From Phoronis australis (taxonomy: Eukaryota; Animalia; Phoronida): a stretch of DNA of 64,000 nucleotides. The notes beneath the pieces are model-generated. The model was not told the origin of the DNA and did not search any database. It saw only the letters and a list, made by a program, of their open reading frames with translations. Location of the stretch: assembly GCA_002633005.1 (NCBI GenBank), contig NMRA01000253.1, positions 321,251-385,250 on the forward strand. Direction: 5' to 3'. This document shows positions 1 through 12,957 of the stretch, piece after piece. The translations under genes were made by a program, and so were the position numbers. Each line of letters opens with the position of its first letter. Within the stretch, counting starts at the first letter, position 1.

Positions 1-2698
1 CTACAGCGTCTGCACAAGCCACAACAGCAGCGGCGCTAACTCCTGGTAGGTATCCCTCAATAGGTACGCCATTTTCATCAGTTTCGTTTTTCTCTCTTTC
101 CTCGCTTTTCTTGGGGTCTTTTATCAACTTTACATTTGACGACCACCCCATGATGTTTTTAACCACACAGGTGTAATTCCCACCAATAAATTTATCTACC
201 GGTATACTCGAGAGTCCGACTGTTTTAGATTCTGTAATATTCTGTCGAATAGAACAATTCACATCATTTCCTCCAGCGTCTTGGAGCACCATAACTGGAG
301 ACGGATCTCCGTAAGATGTGCATTGGATTAGTACCCCAATGTCGTCATACATGACTTCAATTACCGGATAACTTGGCTTGCGACAAGTAAAAATGGGAGA
401 CACAAACGATTCTATGGTTGGTTGAGTTTTAGTGGGAGAATTACATGTAGGGGTGTCATACTTGTTGTTTGGACCTTTGAGAAGTAGGCTCAACTGATAG
501 ACCCATGCCTGCAATGGATACATGAAGCAGTTGCAGTGAAGTGGGTTGTTCGACACAAAGAGATTACGTAAGCGTTTTCCTCGGCTGATCAACTTCCGCA
601 ATATATCGTGTGGCACAACTTTAATACTGTTATTGCGAACAGACAAAGTATTCAATTCCGTCAGGTGTTTCACGGCCCCTTCCTCAATTTCTGTAATGCC
701 ACAGTTATCCAGTTCAAGGAATTCCAACGATGCAAGGTAACTAAACATATTGCGACTTATTATTCGGAGTCTATTTCCAGAAAGATCAAGTTCCCACAGA
801 GAAGTCATATTGTCAAAGGCATCTTTATCTATACAGTCAATGTTTGCATACGACATGTTTAAGGTCTGAAGATCGAGCATTCCTGAAAGCATCTTGCTCT
901 TTACAGAACCAAAATTGTTACCACTTAGGGTCAGATGCAAAACCTTGGTCATTTTGGCAGTGGCAAAATTTTTAATATTATTATCGTCCATATGAATTTC
1001 CATAACGTCTCGTGGCAAGGTGATGGCACTCACACGAATCATTCCATTTCCTTCTAAATGTAACCGTTTAAGTGACGTTAACTTATCAAAAGCACTTTCT
1101 TCAATCGAAATAATCTTGTTGAGTGCAAGATTTAATTTTATCAAAGATTCAAGTCCTTCAAGCGTGTGAGCAGATATGTGTTTTATGAGGTTTTTAGCAA
1201 GATCTAGGAATTTCAGCCGACGACAAAGTTTAAATGGTTGATCATTCAAATCAGATATATTGCTCCCCGATAGATCCAACTCAACAACGTCTCCAAAATT
1301 ACCAATAAATGTGTGCGAAACGGAAAGCTGCCCAAAATCTCCCTGCAGCTCGAATGCTTTAATGTTTGTGAGAAGTGACGCGTTTAACGTAACGTTGATA
1401 TTAGTGACGGATATACGTATTGCGGTAAACTTAAACGGAGAGACTATTTGCATCTCGCCAACTGGATTTCCTCTCATTTCCAACAACATTGGACTTTTGG
1501 GACCATCAAAATCGCAAGAGGTTATTGCTGAAATTTTATTCCCTCTGAGGTGAAGAAATCGCAAACTTGCTAAATCATCAAAAGGTCGATCTCCAAGGGA
1601 ATGTATGTCGTTGAAGCTTAGAATCAAGGTGTCCAATTTAATTAGACCACGAAACATTCCACGCGTCAAAATTGTAATTCGGTTATTTCCCAGAAATAAC
1701 TCTCGAAGATTTCTCATGTGAAAAAACGACTTTTCTTCTATTTTCGCTATCCTGTTCCCTGTTAGGTACAGAGTTTTAATTGATTGCAGACATGAAAACG
1801 TGTTTTTATTAACCAGTGGAAGCCAGTTTCCTGACAGCACAAGCTTTTCAACTAAGGAATAGGAACAAAGTGATCCATTTTCAATTTTTGAAATATTGTT
1901 GAAAGACATGTCAATAGAGATACCGTAATTCGAAAGAACATATGAGTCTTCAACTACCTGTAAAAGATTATGCCGTAAATCTACAAATTGTAACGCAGGT
2001 AGCACTAATTGATCAACCTCGCTAACTGAATTGTTTCTCAACATTAGCAACCTCAAATTTTCCAGTCCTTTAAATACATTGTTGTCCACCCTGGCCAAGT
2101 TGTTGTTCTGGAGTGCAAGACGTGTTAACTTTTTCAGCCCGTCAAATGTTCCATTTCCGATCCTAGAAACATTGTTGTCTGCGATGCGCAATACTTCAAG
2201 ATTGCTCAAGCTATGTCCAAAGGAATTAACATCCAACGAAGTGACAGAGTTATCAGTTAAAAGCAATACTCTTAAGGACGGCGTTTCTTTAAAAATGTTG
2301 TGGAAAAGAAATGACAAACGATTACCGGTGAGATCCAGAGTTAGTAAGTTGAACAAACCACTTAACGTTTGGCTTGTCAACGTGTGTATTTCATTATAGC
2401 TAAAATCCAATTTTTCGAGTTTGGTTAAAGACGAAAGAAGTCTGTCTGAGACATTAGACACGCGGTTGTGTCCCAGGTAAAGGTACTGCACTTGAGATAA
2501 ATGAGTCAGCGCGTTTCGCTCAATCTTGCGGATGCCACATCTCCGGAAGTTCACAGTAGAGGTGTCGTTGAAATGTAACGTTTTCTCCTTGGACAACACT
2601 TTGTTTTTCCATTGCAAGCAGATAGCGCAAGAGAAATTCCACCAACTTGAACTGCAGAGCGCCAACAAAATTAATACACGTCCACTTGCCGCAGCCAT
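1..2698 (-). CDS. Intronless leucine-rich-repeat + LRRCT + Ig-like membrane receptor (LIG/LRRIG-type); C-terminus runs off the window
   Basis: ATG at 2698 gives MAAASGRVLILLALCSSSWWNFSCA (signal peptide). About 20+ LxxLxLxxNxI repeats follow (e.g. LTKLEKLDFSYNEI, LRELFLGNNRI, LWELDLSGNRL), then LRRCT NNPLHCNC..W..PTCNSP..FTC, Ig motifs IQCTSYGDPSP and GGNYTCVVKN, and a hydrophobic GVSAAAVVACADAV at the edge. The frame stays open for 899 codons, so the ORF caller found no stop. Confidence 0.92.
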   Translation of the reverse strand, partial: MAAASGRVLILLALCSSSWWNFSCAICLQWKNKVLSKEKTLHFNDTSTVNFRRCGIRKIERNALTHLSQVQYLYLGHNRVSNVSDRLLSSLTKLEKLDFSYNEIHTLTSQTLSGLFNLLTLDLTGNRLSFLFHNIFKETPSLRVLLLTDNSVTSLDVNSFGHSLSNLEVLRIADNNVSRIGNGTFDGLKKLTRLALQNNNLARVDNNVFKGLENLRLLMLRNNSVSEVDQLVLPALQFVDLRHNLLQVVEDSYVLSNYGISIDMSFNNISKIENGSLCSYSLVEKLVLSGNWLPLVNKNTFSCLQSIKTLYLTGNRIAKIEEKSFFHMRNLRELFLGNNRITILTRGMFRGLIKLDTLILSFNDIHSLGDRPFDDLASLRFLHLRGNKISAITSCDFDGPKSPMLLEMRGNPVGEMQIVSPFKFTAIRISVTNINVTLNASLLTNIKAFELQGDFGQLSVSHTFIGNFGDVVELDLSGSNISDLNDQPFKLCRRLKFLDLAKNLIKHISAHTLEGLESLIKLNLALNKIISIEESAFDKLTSLKRLHLEGNGMIRVSAITLPRDVMEIHMDDNNIKNFATAKMTKVLHLTLSGNNFGSVKSKMLSGMLDLQTLNMSYANIDCIDKDAFDNMTSLWELDLSGNRLRIISRNMFSYLASLEFLELDNCGITEIEEGAVKHLTELNTLSVRNNSIKVVPHDILRKLISRGKRLRNLFVSNNPLHCNCFMYPLQAWVYQLSLLLKGPNNKYDTPTCNSPTKTQPTIESFVSPIFTCRKPSYPVIEVMYDDIGVLIQCTSYGDPSPVMVLQDAGGNDVNCSIRQNITESKTVGLSSIPVDKFIGGNYTCVVKNIMGWSSNVKLIKDPKKSEEREKNETDENGVPIEGYLPGVSAAAVVACADAV

Positions 2699-4589
2699 TG
2701 TAAGTAAACTGAGGCGTGCCAACTACTAATGTATATCAGCGTTTTGGTTAGGCAGCGCCACCTTTCGGTTAGTAATCTATTGGCTGTTACAGCAGTAATG
2801 GTTATCGACTAAGTAGTGGAAAGAGATCATGTTATTCATGTTTTTGAACCACAATATAACCAAGCTGACGCCGGAATTCTACTTTATTATCTCATAGTTA
2901 ATCAGTCATTTTGTTGTTTCACATCCAGACTGTTATCATTCGTTGCAAATAATTCAGTTCACTGAAATGCCCAAGGGTTACTATTTGATTATATTGCTCT
3001 TAGTTGCAATTCAAGTCGTCAGAAAGCAAAAATGACATATTCGATCGTGGGCACATGCATTATAATGCTTCATTTTTGTTGACATCCTGTCACGATGCAT
3101 GTTGTCGGCGACTGTAGCTTGTCCAGGCAGAACTTTTTGCAAAGCGAACATTTGATGCAAGGCACTGAATGTATCAACCGTGTACTTGTTATTCAAAGTT
3201 TGTGAATAGGGTTCTTTCAGCGTGCTGCGGGTAGCTGCAGCGCAAAGCGTTTTTGGGTAAAGCAAAAATTCCGTAGATCATGTTAAATGTATGGAGGTTG
3301 CAAGCTATTGTTTAACTTGCGAGATCCATTCAACGGGACTACGTGTGTGCATGTAGCATGGCTGTCACTTATTGGACGGTACATGTACCATTGTTTTCCT
3401 TTCCTGGGTCTTAGTTGGATATAACAAAAAAGTCGCACTGATATCGTACTCGGTCGCAAATCAGCCGGTTACCGATAAATGGTAACCGTTATCTTTATTG
3501 TGGTGAAAAAATAAAGAATGGATACGTCTATCAACCGACGAGTTTGCGACCAATTTCCCGGAAAATGCAACACTCCTCAGCGAACACGGGTATCTCGGAC
3601 AAAAGTTTGTCCAGCAAGTTAGTCATCTCGGGGTTGCATACCCAACCATGCCTGCTTTTACCCGCTCAAGGGCATGCTTCTTCGCTCGCTCACTTACATT
3701 TTGTGTACAAGTGGTTCTCCTGCACATTATTCCAATTCTGTCGACACCACTTTCTCATTCTGCGCCGTGTGGTCTTAGGCATGTATAATATAATTCTAAT
3801 GCAAAATGTTCTTGAGCGTCCGTTCTTTCTATTCGTTATCCACGAAAGTTTTAAGAGTCACTGCATGAGAAAGTGAGGCAGATGAGGGGGCATAACGTGT
3901 CACAAATTTTTTGACGTATAATTTTATTGGCTCTTAGGTGGAACGGTCAACACCAAATAAACAGTCTCATTTAATTGCGTCACAGAAAAAATGTCCCCCT
4001 AGGAATTTTGGCTCGTCTCTGCCTTCGGAAACCACAAGTTAACTGTAGCTTTTACTACCGAAGATCGGCTGGGAGCGATATAGTTGCCCTATGTTACGAT
4101 TTGTGTTCGCTACACATCTTGTCATTCGCAACACATGGCGCACCATTCAGTCGCAAAAAGAAATCTATGAGTGAACAACGAATATGTTTTTCAATAACAC
4201 AGGGTTTCAGGCCAACATTTAGTGGTTTAACTAAGAATTCAACTTCTGAAAATCCTACATTTTTGACAAACTGTTCAATGCATGGAGAAGTTGTAGTCAC
4301 GATTGCTTCATCTTTTTTTCACCACCTCAAATGGACTTCCAAAAAAAAAAACGTGCAACACATTGCATACACTAATTTAATGTCTATCACATTTACTTGC
4401 TCAAGTAGATATCTGAATTTTATGGATTTATGAAAATAAGAAAGAGAAATAAATATCTCTCTGCCTGTTGTATGTAGAGATGTATCAATTGCTTGGCTCC
4501 AGCATATCTCAGCAGTAAATTCAATAGCAGCCAGGCTGTATATTCTACACGTTCTTCTGTTGCTGGCAATGTTTATTCTAAAAAATTAA

Positions 4590-5046
4590 AACCGAGACGG
4601 GCAAGAGACCTTTTATCTATGCAGCTGCTATAATATGGAATTCTTTAAGCCCAGAAATTAAACGGTCCAATTCAATTACTACCTTTAAAGTAAATATTAA
4701 AAAGTGGCTGTAATTTACTTGACCTTTTATACCCTGCCTGTCTTAATCGTGTCATTTTTCAGTGTCGTAAATACTCTCACTGTCTAGAATCATCTCTTAA
4801 TTTATTTCATCTGTCTTAGTTAAATTTTTACCATTATTTGTCATTTAGTTATTTTCTTAATTCTTAACCTGTTTTTATTGTATCTTTGTTTCGTATATTT
4901 CATTGTTGTTTTATAACTTCATTGTATTATATTACTGATTTTCTTGTTGAGGGCCCTCTTGGAAAGCAGTGCTATCACTGAAGAGGCCACCCTCATTTTA
5001 AATATCACAATAATAAATAAATAAATAAGTAAATAAATAAATAAAA
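4590..5046 (+). mobile_element. 3' fragment of an L2/Crack/CR1-group LINE
   Basis: ORF2 C-terminal remnant TETGKR..FIYAAAIIWNSLSPEIKRSNSITTFKVNIKKWL* (stop 4711-4713), T-rich 3'UTR, terminal stem-loop GAGGGCCCTCTT...AAGAGGCCACCCTC and an (AAAT)n tail. Confidence 0.75.
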
Positions 5047-6469
5047 ATTTGATCAGATATAAAGCACTGCCAGATGTGATATTTCTAAACGGGATGCTTA
5101 TTGTTGTGACCTTCTTAGGCGATGACGTCTTATTTAGCTATTTCCGAGTGCAGTGTATTTCGGAGAAAAGGTAAACCTGCCCCCTTCGATCCATATAGTA
5201 AACGTTTGAGAGAGGACCTTGGACTGAATATTTTGCAATAATGCATGCATATGCCACAGATGACCTTTTAAAAAATCTGTAATAGATACATAGTGAGCCA
5301 CACTGTGCACATTTAAGGAATCGTGTTTCGACCAAACACAAAGGCTGAATTGCAATGAAGGACTCGTCACCTTGTAAGCACCTTTTCAAGTTTTTTAATA
5401 ACTAACAGACTGATTCCATTCAAGGCCAAGTGATGTCACACTCTTGACGCCAAGATCAAGTGCTACGACACGTTTATGCTTTTTGCTTAGACCGTGACTC
5501 ATTCCATCAAGGGATTATTGGATACATGTACAAGTGACCCAAGTTTGCTGTGACCATTATCAGTGTTCATCAATTGTCCATTTTGTGAATATTGACCACC
5601 CCTTACTTCAGTCGTTTGTGGCTCACATATGCCTGTAGGATTTTGTGCATGTGGGTCGAGTTCTGCAAGGCTTCAAAACAGACGAAGCTCGCTTAGTGGG
5701 AAATCAAATTCATTATCCGATTCTGCAAGTACTTGAGTGTGGTTCCCATATTCACTTTTCTCTCTGCCTGCATAATAATTGTACAGTTCTCACTCAAAAT
5801 CATCTCCTTCTTCTGATCTGTTGTCTTCTGCCATTAAAACTGATTGTCCTGATTGTCCTGTGACGAAACAACTTCCACCGTTTGGCGGGAAACTTCAAAA
5901 TAAGTAATTATCTTTTTCAAAAAAAAGCGCACCTGTTTGGCAAAAAAGTGCGTATTAATTTAGATTTTATTGTATTCATTTCATACAAGCTAGATGAAGG
6001 CTCCAAAAGTAAGAGAATGATTGTTGGGATCTCTTTAAAACTATTATGCCAAGACCGATATTTTTCAATTTTATTCGAAATGACCAGTTCTCGCCGTTGT
6101 GTGTAAACCATTTCAGGTACTAAAAGACTGACTACGTCAGAAAAAACGTCAAACCCGCAAATATGGTCAAAGCCGATAATATATGAAACTGACATCGGAC
6201 TCTGATTTGACAAAACCTATGTGGATAATAAGCAGAATTGTGGGCACGAGCTGGCACAATAACATCTATTGAAGAAGGGCATAAAACGGAATTTCTTCTG
6301 ACCAATCATCCTATCGTGTGCTGGGGCACTTCCCTCATGGAAGAAGTTCGGGGCACATAACTCTTAGATTTAATTTGACTGCATCGGTAACGTTAAAGAG
6401 GTACAGCGACCAACTAATGCCTTGTGCACTTCCAGTGTAACACCCTCGCAGGCGTTGGAGCAACTGTTA

Positions 6470-7884
6470 TTTATTTATTTATTTATTTATTATAGTGACA
6501 TAAGTTACCAGTAAATACAATATCAAAGGCAGATTATTCACCACACCCCCCAGCCTCAATGGGCTTACTCAGTCACCTAATAATAATTAAATCATTACAT
6601 AACAAATTGCACAAGCTCAAATATGACCACTTCAGACTAGTTTATAAACAAACAATTACTTCTAACCTGCAAAGCGTCTTGAATGAATTTCGCTAGACCT
6701 TTCAAGTTATTTTGGAATATTTGAGGTAGGGCTGAACGCCGTAAAAAACATGGTCGAATGTGAGTATATTTTTCACAATCAAAAATGAAATGAACTTCAT
6801 CTTCAATTCCTTTTTTACAAATACGACAAATCCGTGCATTCACAGGGATTCCGAAGTACCGCCCCACCTCAACCTCTAATGGTAGAATACCTGCTCTCAA
6901 TCGAGCTATGACGGACCTCTGAGACACCGGCAGACGCAAATACTCTTCTACACAATAGTCATTCTTAATAGATCTATATAAGTACAGTTTTGGTTTCTCA
7001 GTGATTATTTTTAACCAATTTAACTCTTCTAACTGGAACCTGAATGTTCTGAAGTTTTCGAGAGACACAACTTGTTTGTTCCTGAAATTTTCTAAAAAGT
7101 CGCACTTCTCCATAATTTTAAATATTGAACTTGACCAGTTGCAGTTCCGATGTTTAAGGTCCCATAAAAAGACTTTTTTTGCAATTCTGCTTTCATCCAT
7201 TAGAACTAAACGATTCCAGAGCCGTAGCATATTTTCCTGTTGTTTGTAGTGTGAATTTGGCCAACCCGAGTCGCCATAAAGTACTGCATTGGCAGCATAC
7301 TTGTGGACCCCTAAAAATATACGTAGAGCTCTCGTTCTGATCATTTCACATTTGGAGTATTGAGAGTATCCCCAAATTCCAGATCCATATTCTAGAATTG
7401 AAGCTACGGACATTTCAAAACATTTACTGTAACTGTTGAAACCCATGTTACCAATATGTTTGTACTTGCTTACCAGAGCTCCCAACGCTCTGAACGCGGA
7501 GTCTGCCAGTACATGTACATCAGCTGTCAAACTGAAATCCATAAACTCATTCAGAGTTACACCCAAGTACATTTACTTATAACATTCTTTTAAATTCACA
7601 ATGCGATCGCTCAAAATGAATTCAAAACTCGTTCTTACATGTCCCCTCTTGCGAAAATGAACCACATCAGTCTTGGAAAAGTTTACAGACATTTGCCAAC
7701 TTGCACACCAATTACTCAATACGTTCAGTAAATCCTGTAAATAGGCTTCATTTCCAGAAAAAATCACAATGTCATCTGCATACAACAGACATGATAAATT
7801 ACATCCATCAAAATTGATACCTTTGCTACAACTGTTCAAATCATTAATCAAATCATTTATGAAAATTGAAAACAATGTAGGCGA
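6470..7884 (-). mobile_element. 5'-truncated non-LTR retrotransposon (CR1/L2-group RT C-half) with 9-bp TSD
   Basis: ORFs 7573-7887 (SPTLFSIFINDL, LLYADD) and 6637-7572 (YLGV..., C-terminal CxxC-EDExHF-C) are in frame and separated by one TAA. (AATA)n tail near 6470-6492. CAACTGTTA is repeated at 6461-6469 and 7885-7893. Confidence 0.92.
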
Positions 7885-8091
7885 CAACTGTTAATAACAC
7901 TACGAAGACGTCTGGGCAACCAGAGCTGAGAGGCTTGATGTATCAGCAAGTGAGCCCCTGATGGTTAATTTATTTGTCGCTTGAGGCGCTAATCGTACCG
8001 TGCGATGCAGGAGACATAGCCAGGAGGCAGGACCGGTTTTGGGAAGAAAGGAATCACCAAAATAAAATCTTCATCTTTCCCCAAAGAAATA

Positions 8092-8767
8092 TGTTTTACA
8101 ATTGGAAAACCATGGGAATTCCTCTCAAGTGAAGCTAGAAATAGAAATACAACATGTCGCGGTGTTCTCACGCGGATGTGTCGGTGCAGGCTTTTACGAG
8201 CGGTGCAAATATTGTACCTTTCAGTGAACACTGGCTCGAATTAACCACTTTTTATCTCGACCGCACATTATCAGGTCTACTCGAACAAAACATCCGACGT
8301 ATTTCTGGTCGATGCTCCAGCCAGTGCTGCGAAGCGTAGACTTGTGATGAAGTTGTGAGACACCCCAAAACCTCTAAAGCGAGCTCTCTATTGACTTTCG
8401 CTATAACTACTGATTCTCTTCACTGCTACTCAGCTGTAACTATATTGTAATTCACTCAAGTACATGTACATGTACGTGACCTATGCGTGAGAATTTATGG
8501 TAACTTAAAGAATTATGGAACTTTGCACATTCTAGAACTTTCCCGAATAGAGACGGTCTTTCTGAATACCTGTATTTGCCACTACATGTAGAATGCTCTA
8601 GGGTATTAATCACAGTCTAGAATCTTCTACGATGCTACCTACTGTACTATTGTAAACAAAGTGTATCATCACTGTCCTGACTCAATAGGTCATGTAAATC
8701 AAGGTCTAACTGCTAGAATACAAAGAGAACACTACAATAAAATACATGTAACTATATTCCTGTCACA
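8092..8767 (-). mobile_element. Diverged Gypsy-type LTR, same family as 17410 and 19142
   Basis: Reverse complement aligns to 19142-19850 (shared GCAGTGAAGAGAATCAG..AGTCAATAGAGAGC and TTCATCACAAGTC..TCGCAGCACTGGCTG blocks). Ends are TGT...ACA. Confidence 0.7.
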
Positions 8768-11700
8768 AGGCAAACAATACAACAATATTGCAAAATGAAA
8801 AATTGGACAAATACGGTATGGCACCTGAGGCGTGACAATTTGGAGCTGAACTAGTAGAAATTATAATAAAACGATAAAGAAATTAATTCCCATTCCGTAG
8901 GATTTTTGTACGGCACAAAATTTACCAACAATCACAAAAACAAAAACGAAACGTGCTTTAGCGAATTAACAGAAATTGGCCACATCTGGGGTGATTAAAT
9001 ATGTGAGACATTTCAACCCTTTCCAAGTTGAGAATAGTGTCATAAATTCTCATGATGATCAAGTGAAAGTGAGTCATATCCTGTTTTTTCATTGAACTCT
9101 GGCAAAAGGAAGAGTTGTTACATAGTAGTTCCTTTGAGTAGTGACCTCAGCATATCAATGTTATTGTTTCAGTGCATCTGGTTGTCTGGTAAACAAGTCA
9201 CTTTCCATATACATGTATGGCATGCCAGGACGAGAATGTGGAATTCCATTCATAAAAGTTTACTATTTGTGTTGACGTCACAGGAACTGACTCAATTACA
9301 CCCAAAACCCACACATATTTTGAGTTGCTATACTGTATATACTGTAGTTAGAGCCAATAAACTTTGTGTGTTCTTATAGCCTTCAATCGATGTAGTCATT
9401 TTTTTATCTCCATCTAAGAAGCAACGAACCAGTTAGACTCCACAGCAGTCTACAACCTCATCAAATACCCCACAAATAGCTTGGAAAATACCAACAAATC
9501 TTACACAGTGAGCCATGTTCTGCTGTTAAAAAAGTCACACCATTCCGCTGTCACATCTGCACTTAATTGCAACGCAGTGACTTTCGATTTTATTTCACAT
9601 TACCTGGTATGTTACGACACGACAATTTATGTGTAATTTTTTGACATTACATGGACAAATCACAAAGTAGCACAAAGTAGAAATCCATACGCCTTACATT
9701 TTACCGTCTGCAAAACACTAAAACTACCAAACTGCCGGCAACCAAATAATGCCGGAATTTCGTGAAGGTGACAATTTAATGATGGACAAATCGGTTGTCA
9801 CAACTCTCAGTCGGAAGGACATGCAAACAATTCTTAAACGATGAATTCCATACCCACGTTCATTCAAACAGAGACTAACCCCAACTAAAGAAACGCGGTG
9901 AAACTGTCTAGCTGTGCTCTCTCAATGTCAATTCAGTACTCACGCGCGGGAAGCCATGCTGACAGTTATTTATAAACATTTCTTAAGTTTTAGTATTACA
10001 ACTTCAAACACCTATCAATAGATTCCAACTTAAATATTTTTACTAAAGGTGGATGCAATTTACAATTTTTAAGTTTCAAACAAAAATATGAGCTAAAAGT
10101 AACTGTGTTTTACCTTGCGCGAGCGTTTTTGTATAAAAGTGGCGTCGTGTGAGTGAAAGTTTTAGACACATCGAGTTTCCGGCAAAAATTATCTTTTTTA
10201 CGGTTCATGTGAGAAAACAAAGCCTTAGGATTTTGACAAAATCAACGAGTGATTTGGAACATGCCATCAACCTGAAATTAGTGTAGGATTCTCGATATCT
10301 TTGTTTGGATTGAAATTGGTTGTATTAAATCGACTCTAGTGCCATGTAACTAATCCGCTGCAAAAACAACCTAAAATGAGCGCTGTCCGAAGTAGTGACA
10401 CTTTTATGTGAAGTTCTGATGCTAAGAGTAATTGCAGGTCAACTGAAATTTAGTTGTTGCGAAACAGTCTCTCTGGAGCTCTGAACATGGAAACTGTTCA
10501 ATAACGCTAGGACCTCGATAGAACTTCGCTAGAAGGCAAGACATCGCGAGATTATGCGAGATATCGCCATGCATTTTCGTGAGAACACGTGAACTTAGAT
10601 TTTTCTAACAGAGAGACAGCTTAAGCTACCCAGATATTGCCGGTCTTTCAATGTTGTGGCTTTCCAGAAATCGTAAATGTAATTATTAAAGGATCTACAG
10701 TGTATGATGCTGCTTTCTACTACCGTTTGAAGTATCACGCGAACTGCAACATGTGTTCACTTCAGATCTTATCCGTTATCCTCAAAACTGAAAAGTTGAA
10801 ATGCTGTACTAACGCAAAACTTTAACTCGAATAACGAACCTTCCAGGAGCTATATAGAACATGTTCATTGTAACCGAGGTTTTCTGTAACCGAATAAATA
10901 ATAAAGAGAAAATAAAAACCTTAGAACCCTTTATCCTATACGCGTTGAATCAGTCGAATGCAATACGGCCATGTAATATTCTTTTTCCTATTCACCTGAC
11001 GCACTCTTTCAACAGTGACCTCTGACATGGAAAGTTCAAGAGCTAGGCCAATGTCGACTCGACGTTGATGGCCGGTTTTCTGGAATATTTTGCAATCGTG
11101 TGGCCCTAGGCATTGTCAAGCGCAGGGTCATCTGCTAGCGACTCTGGAAGCCGTCTCATCGTACATGCACTGTCGCTGCCTAACTTTTGAGCGAAACGTA
11201 AATTTAACCACAAAATTATCATTTGGCATGTCAGACAGTTTAACAAGTATTCTGAAATACACTACTGTTGTCGAAAATGCAAAAAAATAATGAATGTAAT
11301 TATCAAACCCTTAGATATCAGCGTACATGTATGCTGACATTCTTAGAGGAAAAGTTTGGGCAACTTAATCGATTCGCTTTACCGCCGTTATAATAAAAAA
11401 ACAGTCCAGCTTCACCTATCATTTTGTGAGGGTTAACACTCGCAAAAATAGCCCAATATAAACATGGTTGAAAACTGCGGACAGGGATAGGATATTTAAA
11501 CTTTCACTTAGGAAGCTTTTTAAAGAGTTCCAACCATGCACGTTCTTAGTTCTTAAGGTACCATTCACCTAATATGAAATGAATACCATAAAATCTAACT
11601 AAATAAGATTTTTTGCCAAATTGTGGCTATTTCTTCATTTTGTAAAAATAGTTCCGAATTTCCTGCCAGATTATGTAACGGGCAGAATACATGTAAGTTG

Positions 11701-12123
11701 GTTGCATTGACGGTTTAGAGCAGATCAGACGACGAGGACGATTTTGAGCGCGAACTGGACAGTTAGTATGCACACGGAGAAGAGAGAGTATGCAGGCATC
11801 ACTGAAGTACTTTAAGAATCAGAGAATGCATCCGATCTCCCACTTATCGAACTTTCCACTGCTTTGAAGCCGTTTGAACTTGACCCACTTGCATTGGAAA
11901 CGCTGCAGACATAGGGTAGCACCAACCCACTGAACCAAGGGATGGTCAATTTTCACAAACTAAACACTGACTAAGATCAGTGAACCCGGTTCACTCGTAT
12001 ACACCATTGTCATGATGGAAACGTGCTCACATTTTACACACAATGCATAAGCGTACATGTCCGTGTCGTAGCACTCAATCTGGGCCTGGCATCACTCACC
12101 CTAGAATGAAAGCAGTTTGTTCG

Positions 12124-12613
12124 TTAAAACACCTTCTCATTTGAAATGAGCTTTTCTCAAATAAATGAGCTTCGAAAAAAGGACTTAAATTGAATACTTA
12201 ATAAGGTATTTCCCAGACAATGCCACACTTGCAAATTCATTAATCGGTCTATCCTATATATATATATATATATATATAGGGTATACCACTAGCGTCATTC
12301 GCTTGAGTGGTCTATCCTATATATATATAGGATAGACCACTCAAACGAATGACGTCAATGGTATATCCTATATATATATAGGATAGACCACTCCAACGAA
12401 TGAAGTCGGTGGTCTACCCTATATATATATAGGATAGACCACTCAAACGAATGACGCTAGTGGTATACCCTATATATATACAGGATAGACCGTTTAATGA
12501 ATATGCAAGTGTGGCATTGTCCGGGCAATACCTTATTAAGTATTCAATTTAAGTCCTTTTTTCGATGCTCATTTATTTGAGAAAAGCTCATTTCAAATGA
12601 GAAGGTGTTTTAA
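12124..12613. mobile_element. Foldback/MITE-like element with ~130-bp TIRs and internal nested palindromes with (TA)n spacers
   Basis: TTAAAACACCTTCTCATTTGAAATGAGC... at 12124 is mirrored by ...GCTCATTTCAAATGAGAAGGTGTTTTAA ending at 12613. The interior is built of GGTCTATCC(TA)nGGATAGACC units. Confidence 0.8.
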
Positions 12614-12821
12614 TGATAAAATTTGCAAATACACTTACGTGTACAAGTTCCGTCATCGTAACGCCGTTTTTGTGTTTGGTCGAAACACTATTCCTTGAAA
12701 TGTGCCGAATAAAGTGTGGCTTCCGACTGAATTGCATATTGTAGATTTTAAATTTGTCGGATAATAGCACTTGTGCTAACGTTTCATTGTTAAATCTCAC
12801 CAACTTTTAAATAAAGATTGT

Positions 12822-12888
<67 letters not shown>

Positions 12889-12953
12889 ACTACTGCTACT
12901 ACTACTACTACTGCTACTACTGCTACTACTACTACTACTGCTACTACTACTAC
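12822..12953. repeat. Compound (CTA)n/(CTG)n microsatellite
   Basis: Direct reading. It is preceded by AATAAAGATTG like a retroposon tail and explains the poly-Ser pseudo-ORF. Confidence 0.95.
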
Positions 12954-12957
12954 ATGT

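Noticed and set aside
546-2729. Plus-strand ORFs of 64-122 aa
   Set aside because: Antisense shadows of the minus-strand LRR gene.
12246-12490. CRISPR-like repeat-spacer look of the (TA)n-hinged modules
   Set aside because: Spacers are copies of one another, orientation is mixed, the context is eukaryotic and there are no cas genes.
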